A stretch of DNA of 64,000 nt from Ascoidea asiatica JCM 7603 (GCA_001600695.1 BCKQ01000006.1:70782-134781), one strand, 5' to 3'; shown: positions 1 through 13,152, counted from the first letter of the stretch. Made by a program: numbers and translations. Notes: generated by a model not told the origin, from the letters alone.

Positions 1-433
1 TACAATAAAATACAATTCAACAAATTACTGATATTATATATTCATATTTATATATAAACTTATTAACTCGTTCTCTATTGTTGTGATTCATTGTCAATTA
101 CCTTCAATCAATTATCAATTATCAATTATCAATCATCAATTATCAAGGTTATTCTATCAGTATTATCATTCTCATTATCCCTTTAACATTCTCATTAAAT
201 AACTAAGGTACTGTATATTAACTATAATATAATATCTTATAATATCTCATAATCTCATATAATATTATATAATATAACTTATAATATATTCATTCAAATA
301 AAAAAATAAGGAAAAAAAAAAGTAAATGATTTCAATTAATTATAATTTAATTTAATATTAAAATATATAATTAAATATATAATTATATCAATATAATAAA
401 ACAATAAAATAATATAACTATAAAATATTAAAT

Positions 434-1225
434 ATGTCTACTTTTGTTTTAAATCCAATTAATGAAGAAAAAGATAATAATTCTTCTGAACTGAATCAAC
501 TGTCAATTAAATCTAAATCTTTTAATTCAATAAATAATAAAAGCAATAAAAATAATCAAATTCCTTCATTACCGCCTCAATCAATAGCTTCTTCTTCTTT
601 ATCTTCTAATTTATCTTCTCCAACTAATAATCATCCAGATACAACTTCAAATTCAACAATAAAATTATCTAATTCTGTTTCCAATTTCGATTTAAATTCT
701 ATTAATAATTCTATAGACAATTCAGTGGATAATTCAATGAATAATTCAATTGAGGATATAAATTTAAATATCAATACAGAAACAATAAATGATAAAAATT
801 TCAATTTAATTAATAATAAACTTGAAAAATCAAGATCAAGATCAACTTCAATGTCAACTTCAAGTAATTTATCTTCAATAGATACAACAACCAATGATAT
901 TTTGAAACATACTCCAAAACATACCCCAAAATTATCTCCCAAACAATCTCCAAAACATTCTCCAAAACATTCTCCAAGACGTAATTCTCATAATTCTCCT
1001 AAAAATAATTCAAGTACTCGCATTAATTCTCATTCACATTCTCATTCTCATTCAAATAAAAAAAAAATTCGTCCAAAATTAAAAAAAAAATCTTCAAATA
1101 ATTTAAATAATTCTTTAAGTAATTTAAATTTATCAAAATATGATAAAATTGCAAAATTAAAAGTTGAAAAAGAAATTGTTGATTCAATTTCAACTTTAAA
1201 TATTCCTTTTCAATTAAATTCAATA

Positions 1226-1266
<41 letters not shown>

Positions 1267-4192
1267 ACAACTTAACAATAATATAAATAATAATAGTAAT
1301 GGACATTTAATAAATTTAAATTCTAATTCAAATTCAAATCCTAATTTAATATCTGATGATCAAAATTCAAATTCCAATTCCGTTTATGGTTCTCCAGTTT
1401 TAAAACCAACAGCAAATTTATTATTTCAACAACAACAAATATTGAATGAAAATATAAATAATAATAACTTAAATAATAACTCATCTAATAATATATCTCC
1501 AATGAAATTACAAAAAATGTCAAGCTCTAATAATATTTCTCACGTACAACAATATAATTATAATAGTGATAATGAAAATGCTCCATTAAATTTCATGCCA
1601 CCATTATCTCCATCTGCTCATTATAAATTAAAAAATAATAATAATAATAGTAATAATTATGAAACTTCTTCAGTTTATAGTAATTCTTCATTTTTCAATC
1701 CTCAAAATCTTTCTCATATTCAACAACCTCCACCTCAACCTCAAAGAAATAGTTCAATATTTGGTGGTTCATTATTATTTAATACAAATGAAGATATATC
1801 TTCAGATTCTGATGAAACGTTTGTTTATGAATCAAGAAATGATTTTCAAAAAATTAAAAATTTACAAAATGATTTATTTGTAGTTCCAAATAATCAAAAC
1901 AATCAAAATACTACTTCTAATTATACTTCAAACCCAAATTCAAATTCAAATTCAATTAATTATAATCCAAATAATTCAATAAGTAATAAGATTTTGAAAA
2001 ATCAAAGAAGTAAAAATATAAGGCATCATTCTCATATTAATAACCCATTAATTAGTCAAATAATTACAAATTCAAATTCTAATATAAATCCTAACTCAAA
2101 TTCAACCCCAAATACAAATACAAATCCAAACCCAAATACGAATTCAAATAATCATTCAAATTATAATTCAGATACAGATTCAAGAAGTTATTTGAGTACT
2201 GATCCAATAAGTGCCGATAATACTACTCATAATTCCAATACTAACGCTAATAATATTATCAATAACTCAAATACAAATAATCCAGATAATAATGGAAATC
2301 AGTTAAATTCTAATAGAAAATCTTTTTTAACTTCTCCAAAAGTAGCACGTAGAAATTCTCTGAGAATTCAAAGCGTTAATGAAATAAATACTAAAACCTC
2401 AAATTCATCTTCATTCAATACTCAAAATGAAAAGTTCCATCAGCAACAATATCAACCATCTAATTTAAAAAAAAGTGGTAGACCAAATTTATCAAATCTT
2501 GTTATAACTAATCCTAATATTGCAAATATTGTTCAAGAGCATAATCATACCAGAAGAAATAGTAGCTATTCCTCTGCTTCCAGAAGATATCCTCAAGATT
2601 ATAATCTTTCATCCGATGAATCTGATAATGATTCTATTGTTGAAGATTATTGTATTAATGAAAATACACCTCTAAATTTAGACATAAGTAGTATCAGAGG
2701 GAATCAAAATAACAACTCAAATTCAAGTCCTAACCCCCCTCCTCAAACTATAAATAAATATCAGAATTCAAAAAATGATAATCACAACATAACTAGAAGA
2801 ATTCTGGCCAATTTATCTTCAAATAATAGAAGTTTACGTGAAACTTTATCAAGACTTACAATGATTGATTCCTTTCCTCCTGATCAAGATCAAAATCAAA
2901 ATCAAAATTCTAATGAAAATTATAATAATAGACGAGGTAATAATATCAACAATAACTCAAACTTAATTCCAACAAAAAGCTTGAATAGTTCACCATTAAA
3001 ACCTCCATTGAAAATGAGTAAAACTAGAAAATCATATTTTTATGGAGCTACTAATGATCATTTACCAAATCAACCTCTTAATCCAGGTTATTTCCCAGCT
3101 CCATCATTATTTCATTCAGAATCCTTTTATAATGGTAAAGGAAATTCGTCTTTAGATAATATTCCATATTCATCAGGATCCACCCCACTTTTAAGTAATA
3201 ATGGATCAAACAGGAGATCATTAGACAGAAATAATAATTATTACAGAAATTCTAAACATAGTTATAATTTTATATTAAAATTTTGTTTAAATATGTTAAT
3301 TTTTTCAATGATTATGATTATTTTCCTATTTTTCATAGCATATTCACATTTAAGTAATCCACTTATGAAATTAAAAATTGATAAAATCAATCATGTTTTA
3401 AGTGCAGAAAATTTATTAATGTTTGACATTAATGTTGAAGCATATAATCCAAATTGGAATGATATAAAAATATATTATGTTGATTTAGATATTTTTGCTA
3501 AAACAGCATATGCGAATCCTGTTGATGAAGGTACTGACCCAATTAATCCCGGTGATTCAACTGGGTTAACAAGTACTAAAGAAATGGATGGTTATGAAAC
3601 TGTACTTCTAGGTAATGTTTTGGAATTAGATGCACCTTTTGATTTTCCAGGAATGGTATCATTTGATGGATTATTTAATTTTTCATCTCATCCACCTAAA
3701 AGTTTTTTAAGTACAGGTCAAGTTAAGCTTATGCATCCATGTGAACCAATTAATGATGATAGAAATCATGGAATTGATGATGGAAGTCAAACTGATCCTA
3801 TTGATCATGAAGGACCTGATAATAGTGATGATGGAGATAATGACGATCTATTACCTATTATTTCTAAAATTTTAGATCGTGTTCGTCGTTATCTCAAAAG
3901 ACAATTTGGAAATTCTGAATCTGATTCTGATTCTTTTTGGAATGATTTTGGCAGTGGTTCTGGAAATCAGCCATATTTTGAGAAAACTAATGTAATTCAA
4001 AAACAATCAAATTCAGATAAAGAAGAGCCTTCCGTTAAAAGATATGATCAATTAGAAGACCCAGCTATTCGTTGGAAAAGAATTTCTTCACATCCATATG
4101 CCCTAATAGTTAGAGGAATGTTGAAATATAAAACTTTTTTTGGAGATGGAAGACTTATAAGTATTTATGAAACAGTTAATGTTGAAAAATAG
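434..4192 (+). CDS. VAC7: Vacuolar segregation protein Vac7 (Fab1 PI3P 5-kinase activator)
   Basis: Long N/S-rich cytosolic N-terminus with SDSDETFVYES, one TM helix (about aa 950-972), and a C-terminal Vac7-like lumenal domain (DLDIFAKT, ETVLLGNV, GQVKLMHP, PYALIVRGMLKY). Confidence 0.85.
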
Positions 4193-4920
4193 ATTGTCTT
4201 CAAGAAACTTATCAAATCGGTTTGAATGATTACCTAGTTTTTGAAAAGTAATTTCCTTGTTTTGGCTATCATTGGTTTTTAATCTCCTTGCTATATTTTT
4301 TTTGTTCAAAATTCAAAAAATTTTAAGATACTATAATGTTACTACTTAATTCTATATGTTTCAATATAGAAACTATCAAATCTACTGAATTATTTGATTA
4401 CTATTTTTTTTTAACAACTTGCTTCTCAATATTGTTGATTATTCATACTATTTTCTTCTTTAATGCTCTTTTTTAACTTTTTTCTTATATTTTTTTTTTT
4501 TTTTTGCGAAGAATCTAAATAAAAAAAATTTGATGTATTATAGCTTATTGATTTATTTTATTTACTGGTTTTTGCTGGCTTTTATCTAATTTTAATTCAT
4601 TTTCTTGCACAAGGATTTTGAGATTAAGAGTTGCATGAATCTTAGTTATTCTTAATCTCTTAATTCCATTTCTATTTCCATTTTCCTATATAGAAACAAT
4701 CCTTTTTACAATTACATTATTGTTATTATTATATATATATATACTATACATAAATCTCTTTGATTTTTTTTACGGTTTTTATATATTTTATATATTTCAT
4801 ATTTTATACATTTTATACAGTTTATACATTTCATTTACATTTTTTTTTCAAATCAATCCCAGATACATTCAAATTCCTTACGAGAATACGAATTGTTAAT
4901 GAAATTTAGAACATAGAAAA

Positions 4921-4928
4921 GTCACGTG
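4921..4928 (+). promoter_or_regulatory. Cbf1-type E-box GTCACGTG upstream of HIS6
   Basis: Exact RTCACGTG about 150 bp upstream of the ATG in AT-rich DNA. Similar CACGTG sites occur at 6496, 13155, 13175, 29993, 36623 and 50847. Confidence 0.5.
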
Positions 4929-5071
4929 GAATTTCGATGAAGTTATAAAATTGTTTCTATTATTTTTATTGGTAGTTGAGTTCATTTTAATAACTTTAGA
5001 TCTCTTTAATCTTTTCTTTTTTTTAATTTTAAAAGAAAAGAGTTGGATATATTTGGATAATATAGTAGAAG

Positions 5072-5932
5072 ATGACTGTGTTTAGAGGTTGCATAGATAT
5101 TCATGATGGACAAGTGAAACAAATAGTTGGATCAACTCTTACCGAGAACAAAACAGCTGAAGCAAGTAGTAAAAATAATGATTTGAATTTATCAACAAAT
5201 TTCATTTCAGATAAGGATAGTTCATATTATGGAGATTTATATTTCGATAATAAAATATATGGAACTCATATTATAAAATTAGGAGCATCAATAAAAAATG
5301 ATTTAATTGCAGAAAGTTTAGTTAAATTACATCCTGGATTTTTTCAAATTGGTGGTGGTATAAATGATAAAAATTGTTTAGATTGGATTAAAAAAGGTGC
5401 AAAACAAGTTATTATAACTTCATGGTTATTTTCTAATGATGAATTTCAAATGAGTAAAGTTAAAGAATTAAATAAGATTTTATCAAGAGATCAATTAATT
5501 ATTGATTTAAGTTGTAAAGTAAAAATTAATTCAATTTCAAAGAAAAAAGAATGGTTTGTAACTATAAAAAAATGGACAATTTTGACCAAATTAAAATTAA
5601 CTCTAGAATTATTTGAAGAATTATCAAGTTATTCAAGTGAGTTTTTAATTCATGCTGCTGATGTTGAAGGACTTTGTAAAGGTATTGATTTAGATTTAAT
5701 CGCAGAATTAAGTTTATGGTTAAAAAGAAGTAAAATATTAAATGAAAAACAAAATAAAATTAAAATTGTGTATGCTGGTGGTGGAAAAGATATAAATGAT
5801 CTAAAGAAAATCGATGAAATTTCTGAAGGAAGAATTGATTTGACTTTTGGTTCTGCATTGGATATATTTGGTGGTTCTTTGGTGAAGTTCGAGGATTGTG
5901 TTCAGTGGAACCGAATTCATGAAAATAATTGA
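5072..5932 (+). CDS. HIS6: ProFAR isomerase, eukaryotic His6 type
   Basis: FRGCIDIHDGQVKQIVGSTL, QIGGGIN, EFLIHAADVEGLCKGID and DLTFGSALDIFGG are His6 motifs. Confidence 0.97.
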   Translation: MTVFRGCIDIHDGQVKQIVGSTLTENKTAEASSKNNDLNLSTNFISDKDSSYYGDLYFDNKIYGTHIIKLGASIKNDLIAESLVKLHPGFFQIGGGINDKNCLDWIKKGAKQVIITSWLFSNDEFQMSKVKELNKILSRDQLIIDLSCKVKINSISKKKEWFVTIKKWTILTKLKLTLELFEELSSYSSEFLIHAADVEGLCKGIDLDLIAELSLWLKRSKILNEKQNKIKIVYAGGGKDINDLKKIDEISEGRIDLTFGSALDIFGGSLVKFEDCVQWNRIHENN

Positions 5933-6695
5933 ACTTGCAAAGATTTCATAATTTTTGAAATAATTCTTTCATATCTATCTAAGATCTATCTAAGTTATTC
6001 AATTCATCTATATTATCAAAAAAATAAATATTTCAATTAAAACTTTAAAAATTCTTAGCATTTGTTTTAATTGAAGAGATTTATACTCAATTTTACATAA
6101 AAATGTTTTGATTGAATTGAAGATTTTACTTTATTATTTGATATAATTATGTTTAATTTATTTATAAGTGGTTACTTTTCTTGCTTATTTTTAAAAGACT
6201 TTATTTACATTTTGAGGAAAATTGTTATGATTATGAATATTTGATGGTTTTTTTGGGAAGGTCTGAAATTTTGAAGTCATAAATCCAGCTGAATATCAAG
6301 AAGTTTGATAAGTTTTATAAATATATTTTCAACTCCTTTTTAGTCACTTTATTCTATTAAAGTTTTCAACTCATTGTAAGTATCTATATCATTCAAACCA
6401 TGTAACTGATAAATCACTCAAATGAATAAATAATTCAAATAACGATTTTTTGAGGAAGTTTATTTCTCCATCTTTAATATAAAAGAAGACACTCGCACGT
6501 GATCTTGCTTATCGTTTGAGGAAATAAACAAAGAATTTGTGAGATTTGAGCATAAACAAAATATTGTTTTGCATTGTTGAGATTCAGACATAATTAGAAA
6601 TAGATTTAATAAAAAGAAGCAAAAGGATTATTGAATTACTATTCAGTATAATAATCAACTAAGCTGTGATCAAAGCTGAATCATAAACATTGAAT

Positions 6696-8450
6696 ATGGA
6701 AAACACTCAGTTAGGAAGAAGATCTCGTAAAACGGGGTTATTTATAAGTGACGATTCTCAAATTAAAAAAACAGATGATGGTATAGAAGATCTCAATGAT
6801 TTTTATAATTATTTAGATAAAAGCAAGCATTCTACTCCCTTAGGAAAATCAAAGCCAATAGTTAATACATATAAGTCCAAAAAAAAATCAACTCCATTGA
6901 AAAAAAGTAGTAAAACTAATAATTCAACTCCTTCAAAAAAATTAGCTTCATTGTCAATAAATTCTAATTCTAGTAAAAAAAGAAAATCCAGTATTGATTC
7001 AAATGTTAATTCAAGTATGAATTCAAATATTGAAAATGCTTTAAAATTTACTCCTATAAAACCTTCAAAATCAAAAGTGAAATCAAATTCCAATTTGAAT
7101 TCAAATACAAAGACTAAAACAAAAAAAAATTCCAAATTGAATTCAAAAATAAATGAGAATATTTCAAATAGTCCAATTGATCAAAATGATTTTGATGTGG
7201 ATATGGATACAGATTCAAAATCAAATAGTAGTAGTGAAAGTGATATTGAATTAGAAGAGCAGAATGAAAATATACCAATAAGTAAAAGATTGCAAAAGGA
7301 AAAGGATAAAATGTTGAGTAAAAAAAAAGTAATAAATCATAAACAACCCACGAATCATAATAATAGTAATAAAAATAATAATTTCAGTGATAATGATGAT
7401 AATGATTCAATGTCGGATTTTGATGATATAAATGAGAATGAAATTGAAAATAAAAATATAAAAAGTCCGATTAAAAAACAAATATCAAAATCAGCAACGA
7501 AAAAACAATTAAGTAGTAAAACTAATACTAAAGTTAAACCAAAATCTAATACTAAAAGAACTACATCAAATAAATCTAAAATTTCAAAGTCCAATATTAT
7601 AAATAAAAAAAAAATAGAAAATGATATAGATTCAGATACTCAATCTTTAAATGAATTAAGAAGATCTTCAAGAACTAAAGTTAAACCATTAGCATTTTGG
7701 AAAAATGAATCAATTGTGTATGATTATAAAAATAATAAAGATCATGTTGGTACTATCTTAGATGTTAAAAGAAATGATCAACCTGATTTTACTTATTTTC
7801 AACCACAAAAATCTTCAAATAAGAAAAAAGTTTTAAATAAATCAAAAAATAATATTAACAGTAATACTAGTAATGAACAAGAAAAAATCAAAATAAAACA
7901 TTATGGTAAAATTGATGATTTCTATGAGGATGAATTAAACGAAATTAAATCAGATAAGAATATTTCAAAAGATGAAATTAGCTGGTTTAATAATAAAAAT
8001 GGTAATTTAACTGTAAACGTATTTAAAGCCCCTGATAGTAAAGAAAAAGTGAAAAGAACTGTAGCTCATGCTCCAAATAAACAATCATTCAAAGAAGTTC
8101 TAGGAAGTACAAAAGATAATTTCAAGTTGACCGTATTATTTCAAGAAGATAAAGAATTTGCTGCAAGTGGTATGTTATTATTACCAATAAATGGTATGAA
8201 ACAATTGAAAAATACTGATAACACATATTTTATTTTTTTTGTTATAAATGGTATAATTCAAGTAACCTTATCAGATAATACTTTCATCGTTTCTAGTGGT
8301 TGTTCATTTGAGATTCCAATGGGTAATTTTTATCAATTTGTTAATAAAGGTAAAACTGAAGCCAAAATGTTTTTTGTACAAACAAAATATGTTACTTTAG
8401 AAGATGAATATGATGATGACGAAGATGAAGATGGAGATGAAGAAGAGTAA
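6696..8450 (+). CDS. MIF2: Inner kinetochore protein Mif2/CENP-C
   Basis: N-terminal LGRRSRKTG, CENP-C motif LRRSSRTKVKPLAFWKNE and C-terminal cupin (FEIPMGNFYQFVN...MFFVQ). ATG at 6696 is preferred over the TTG at 6690. Confidence 0.93.
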   Translation: MENTQLGRRSRKTGLFISDDSQIKKTDDGIEDLNDFYNYLDKSKHSTPLGKSKPIVNTYKSKKKSTPLKKSSKTNNSTPSKKLASLSINSNSSKKRKSSIDSNVNSSMNSNIENALKFTPIKPSKSKVKSNSNLNSNTKTKTKKNSKLNSKINENISNSPIDQNDFDVDMDTDSKSNSSSESDIELEEQNENIPISKRLQKEKDKMLSKKKVINHKQPTNHNNSNKNNNFSDNDDNDSMSDFDDINENEIENKNIKSPIKKQISKSATKKQLSSKTNTKVKPKSNTKRTTSNKSKISKSNIINKKKIENDIDSDTQSLNELRRSSRTKVKPLAFWKNESIVYDYKNNKDHVGTILDVKRNDQPDFTYFQPQKSSNKKKVLNKSKNNINSNTSNEQEKIKIKHYGKIDDFYEDELNEIKSDKNISKDEISWFNNKNGNLTVNVFKAPDSKEKVKRTVAHAPNKQSFKEVLGSTKDNFKLTVLFQEDKEFAASGMLLLPINGMKQLKNTDNTYFIFFVINGIIQVTLSDNTFIVSSGCSFEIPMGNFYQFVNKGKTEAKMFFVQTKYVTLEDEYDDDEDEDGDEEE

Positions 8451-8620
8451 GCTTAAATAGATCTAGAGTAAAGCTTTTTTTTTTCTTATTCAACAGATGT
8501 TTTCAATATCTTTTTTTGTTTTTGTTTTTGTTTTTATGGCTCTAACTGTAATTATATAATTGTAATTTTAATATTTTATTCTCTTTCATTAATAATTGTT
8601 TCACTAAATACAGTCAACAA

Positions 8621-10042
8621 CTACTCTATATCATCCAAGTTATCAATAATTATATTTTCCTGGACTTTAGAAAAATTTTCCCAGTAACTTTCGAATAAAT
8701 TGATTAAAATTTTAACATCATCGCTACCGCAAGTTTCTCTAATACTATGCATACTTAATTGAGGATTACCAATATCAAGACATCTAATACCTAATTTTGA
8801 ACAAACTATTGGACCAATTGTAGAACCACAAGAACTATCATTTTTTACAACAAAAAGTTGTAAGGGAACTTTTTCTTTTGCTAATTCTGCACATTTTTTA
8901 ATTAATATAATACCTGGAGAATTTGTTGAATATCTTTGATTTGCATTTATTTTAATTACAGGACCCTTATTTAAAAAAGGTTTATGATTTTTTTCATGAG
9001 CTGATGAATAATTTGGATGAACACCATGAGCCATATCAGATGATAAAAAAAAAGATTTAGCTGCAGATTCATAAAATCTTGAACCATTATTATCTAAATT
9101 TGATAATCTATCAAGTACAGAAGGTAAAAAATTTGAATCAGCACCTTGAGCAGATTTACTACCTATTTCTTCATGATCAAAACAAGTGAAAACTTTAATT
9201 GAAGATTCAATTGATAAATTTTTTGAAGAATTTATAAAAGCTTCTAAACCTGCAAAACATGAAGTTAAATTATCCAATCTTCCACTGAATATAAATTCAT
9301 CATTAATTCCACCCATTGTAGAAGGATTTGTATCATGTAAAATTAATTCAAAATCTTCTATATCATTCACCTCACAATTACATTCATTTGCAATTAAATC
9401 AATTAATTGATTATTGTGTCTTTTAATAATTTCTGGAAAAAAAGGTAATTCTTTCTCTATTTCTTTTTTTTTAGAACATGAATGATTTTCACCTTCTAAA
9501 CCAAATATTGGTGTTAAATGAGTTTCTTTATTAAATTCAAATTTTGTATTAACAGTTCTATCTAAATGAATAGCTAAAGTTGGAATATTTAAAATTGGTT
9601 TATTTATTTGAATTAATTTTGGAATTATTTTATTATTATATTTGATTAAAACTCTACCACTTAAACCAAAAGATCTATCAAAATAAGTATGAAATATTCC
9701 TCCACCATAAGTTTCAACACCAAGTTGAAGATAACCATTTGAAGTAATTTTTGAGACTGGTTTAATTCTTAAACTTGGAGAATCTGTATGAGCGCCAACA
9801 ATTGAAAATCCAGCACCTGAAGTTGCTTTAGAACCTATTTGAAATGCAATTATTGAAGAACCATTTCTAGTAACAAAATAAGACTTTCCCTTTTGTATTT
9901 TATCAACCCAAGATGATTTTTCAGAAAGTTCTTTAAAATTTTCTGAAAGAAGTCTTTTTTTCATGTTTTCAACCGCCAAATAAGGAGATGTTGAAGCATT
10001 AAGAAAAGAGACAAACTCCTTTGCTACTGTTTTTGAAGACAT
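8621..10042 (-). CDS. APE4: Aspartyl aminopeptidase (M18 family)
   Basis: GAHTDSP, GRLDNLTSC, FDHEEIGS, SSDMAHGVHPNY and LSMHSIRE. Confidence 0.96.
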   Translation of the reverse strand: MSSKTVAKEFVSFLNASTSPYLAVENMKKRLLSENFKELSEKSSWVDKIQKGKSYFVTRNGSSIIAFQIGSKATSGAGFSIVGAHTDSPSLRIKPVSKITSNGYLQLGVETYGGGIFHTYFDRSFGLSGRVLIKYNNKIIPKLIQINKPILNIPTLAIHLDRTVNTKFEFNKETHLTPIFGLEGENHSCSKKKEIEKELPFFPEIIKRHNNQLIDLIANECNCEVNDIEDFELILHDTNPSTMGGINDEFIFSGRLDNLTSCFAGLEAFINSSKNLSIESSIKVFTCFDHEEIGSKSAQGADSNFLPSVLDRLSNLDNNGSRFYESAAKSFFLSSDMAHGVHPNYSSAHEKNHKPFLNKGPVIKINANQRYSTNSPGIILIKKCAELAKEKVPLQLFVVKNDSSCGSTIGPIVCSKLGIRCLDIGNPQLSMHSIRETCGSDDVKILINLFESYWENFSKVQENIIIDNLDDIE

Positions 10043-10264
10043 TACTAATAACTGATTTCAGACTATTGAAACTATTAAAGATAGCTCTGTGTGATGGTTC
10101 TTTCTTTTGAGAAAATAATATCCACTTTGAATCAAATCAAATATGATCTAATACTGAATTTCTCAGAATTAGACTTGGAAGTTTGTTTTATTATGAGAAT
10201 TCGTGGGAGCATATTTGTTGTGAAGAAGCTAAAATTGAATTGGGTTTGTTTATTTGGAGGCAAA

Positions 10265-10325
10265 CGGGTAATTTCCCCATAGTTAAGAAAACGGCAGTGA
10301 GTTGAGTTAACCTCACTGCCGTTTT
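10265..10325. promoter_or_regulatory. APE4/MDM35 divergent promoter core: Reb1-like CGGGTAA plus a perfect 14-bp inverted repeat
   Basis: CGGGTAA at 10265-10271. Arms AAAACGGCAGTGAG (10288-10301) and CTCACTGCCGTTTT (10312-10325). Confidence 0.55.
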
Positions 10326-10542
10326 GTATTGCGAAGACAACTCTGAAGAAAGTCACAGCAAAGAAATTCTTTTTTTTTTTCATGAAGTTTTATAAATCGA
10401 AGAGATAATTGAGATAATGGATGATGATAAAGATTATTAACAAAAAGAATTACATATAGAATTCTTGAGAATAAGAATAAGAGTAAAATATATATTAAAT
10501 ATAGATACGATTAGATTAAATAAAGTATCTAATAGTTAAACA

Positions 10543-11163
10543 ATGTCTAATAGTTTTGAACCAAAATGTACGGAATATAAAAAAAAATATGATAAATGTT
10601 TTAATCATTGGTATACAGAGAGTAAGTTATATTCAAATAAAAAAGTGAATTGAGATTATTATTTTAAATTTAACAGAAAGAAAGAAAGAGAGAATATATA
10701 TATATATATGATATTAACAGTAGATTTAATTTATTTTATTAATAATTTCTTTTAAAAGAATTTTTAACTGGGAAAAGTGTAAGTTGAAGACTTAAATGAA
10801 TAAGATATTTTAAATAAAATAAAAAGTTAAAAATGAAATAAAATATTAACAATAAAAAATTCATTAATTTAGAATAAAATTGAATGTGAAGATTTATGGA
10901 AAGATTATAAAACATGTGTGGATGTAAGTAAACTAAAATTAATCGATTGAATTTTCTTTTTTTTGATTTTTTTTGAATTTTGAATTTTGAATAAATTTAG
11001 ATTGAAATATAATTCTAACGATTTAAATTTTTAAAATAAATAGAGTGCCTTAGCTAAAAATGGTTTAATAAAAATGATTGATAATGCAAGAGAAGAAGCA
11101 CCATTTGAGAATGGAGGTATTCCAAGAGATACTGAACCTGCTTCAATTGAAAGGAAAAGTTGA
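10543..11163 (+). CDS. MDM35: Mitochondrial intermembrane-space twin CX9C protein Mdm35, four exons: 10543-10621, 10759-10778, 10873-10923, 11044-11163 (89 aa)
   Basis: Manual splicing gives MSNSFEPKCTEYKKKYDKCFNHWYTEKFLTGKSNKIECEDLWKDYKTCVDSALAKNGLIKMIDNAREEAPFENGG...*. There are three GTAAGT...AG introns with TATTAAC or TTCTAAC branch sites, and the frame is preserved across all junctions. Confidence 0.95.
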
Positions 11164-11694
11164 AGAATGAAAACAGGTGAAATTTTGAGAATTTAAAAAT
11201 AAATTGTGAATAAATGAATAAAGTAAATAAATAAATAAATATATAAATAAATTGTAAATATTTGTAATTCAAATTGAATAGTTCTGTAAAGTAAATTAAA
11301 AAAGCAAAAAAAAAGGAAAATGAATCTAGATTTAAATTAAGTATCAATATTTTCTATAATCTATATATTTAATACAAAAGCAAAAAAAAAAAAAAAGAAA
11401 ACAGTTTTTTTGTAGAAACTTGAAATTCAATTAAGAATTAGTCATTTTTAAATTCAATATTCATAATAAAACTTTAGATTAATATCATGAAAAAGAATGA
11501 ATTGAAAAAAGATTGAATTGGGGCTTTTTCGAATTAAAATTCTTTGAATAATTTTCTACTTGAATTTCTACTTTTATTTTTATATTATATCTGGGTTGCT
11601 TATTTTTTTATTTTTTATTCTGTTTTATTATTATGTTTTGTTTAAGTTTTGTATATGTTTTATTCTTATTTAATTATATCTTTTACTTATTATA

Positions 11695-11780
11695 TTATTT
11701 TATTTTATTATTTTATTATTTTATTATTTTATTATTTTATTATTTTATTATTTTATAATTTTATTATTTTATTATTTTAT
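11695..11780. repeat. (TTTTATTA)n microsatellite
   Basis: Tandem 8-mer, about 10 imperfect units. Ends approximate. Confidence 0.8.
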
Positions 11781-12001
11781 TCTTAATATAATTTTATTTT
11801 TCATTTTTTTTAATAATACATATATTTAATTTTATTGAACATTTGAACTAGAATTTATAATTAAAAAAGCAAAAGCAAAAGCAAAAGCAAATCAAGATTA
11901 TTATTAATTATTAATTTTTAATTTTTTAGATTAAAAATTAAAAAATTAAAAAAATTAATATATTTGAGGATTGATATTAATATTAGTATAGTGTAATTGA
12001 A

Positions 12002-12760
12002 TTAATATGGACGAAAACCACCTCTACCTCTGAAAGAACCTCTATAAGGTCTTCCTCTAGCGCCTCTACCTCTGAAACCAGCTCTAAAACCGCCTCTACC
12101 ACCTCTACCTCTCATATATAAACCAGGAACATTAGTTCTTTTTTGAACAACTTTTAATTCTCTACCTCTAAATAAAGATTCATTTAATAATAAAGCTTGT
12201 TGAACTAAAGAAGGATCAGCAAATTCAACATATGCATAACCTTTTGGATGACCAGTGAATTTATCTAATAATATTGTTACTCTATTTATTGAACCACATG
12301 AATTAAAATGTTTTTGTAATTCTTCAGGAGTTGTACCATAATCAACATTACCAACATAAATACTTCTTGCATCAGTATCTTCTTTTGATTCTTTATTTGA
12401 ATCTGAAGATTCTTTTTCTAAATCTTTTTGAAGTTCTCTTAATTTTGCAGCTTCAGATTCCATTTCTGCCATTCTTGATTTCATTGCAGCTATTTCATTA
12501 TCTTGTTCAATTTCATTTCCTTCTAATTCTCCTTGAAGATTAGTATCATTGATGTTATTATCATTATTATTGTTATTATTATTATTATCGTTATTGTTAT
12601 TGTTATTGTTATTGTTATTGTTATCGTTGTTAATATTATTATTATTCATATCACTATTATGATTGATATTATTAGTATTATTTAAATCAGATTCAGATTG
12701 ATTTAAGTTGACATCTTTTATTTCTGGCATTTGTTGGGTATTTATATTCTCTGAAGACAT
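12002..12760 (-). CDS. SGN1: PABPN1/Pab2/Sgn1-type poly(A)-binding protein (single RRM)
   Basis: Coiled coil, then RRM ([17 protein letters not shown]), then RGG tail ending in a PY-NLS-like RPY. First ATG at 12760. Confidence 0.88.
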   Translation of the reverse strand: MSSENINTQQMPEIKDVNLNQSESDLNNTNNINHNSDMNNNNINNDNNNNNNNNNNNDNNNNNNNNDNNINDTNLQGELEGNEIEQDNEIAAMKSRMAEMESEAAKLRELQKDLEKESSDSNKESKEDTDARSIYVGNVDYGTTPEELQKHFNSCGSINRVTILLDKFTGHPKGYAYVEFADPSLVQQALLLNESLFRGRELKVVQKRTNVPGLYMRGRGGRGGFRAGFRGRGARGRPYRGSFRGRGGFRPY

Positions 12761-13152
12761 TTTATTCAATTGATTAATATTATATTTATTATTATTTATT
12801 ATTGATTGTTGATATTTATTTATTTATTTATTTATTTATTTATTCATTATTGATTGTTTATCGATGTTAAAAATATTCTTTATTATTAAACTAGTTAATG
12901 TTTTATTTTTTTCAGTTTTTCAAAGAGATAATATTATGTAAGCTCCGTGTTGCTTTGAACTGAGCAACGTTTCGCCATGAAGAAATTATGTAAAGAAATA
13001 AAACAGAGACCAAGTTTGTGGATCACATTTGGAATACATTGAAGTAACTTTTATAGTAACTTTTATATTTTTCTGGTTTTCTTGTAACGGCAATCAATTT
13101 TATTTAATTAAAGCCTTCACCTTATTCATATAAAGCCCAAAAATGAAAAACA

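Noticed and set aside
11054-11347. 97-aa minus-strand ORF
   Set aside because: It is antisense to MDM35 exon 4 and its 3'UTR, and reflects composition only.
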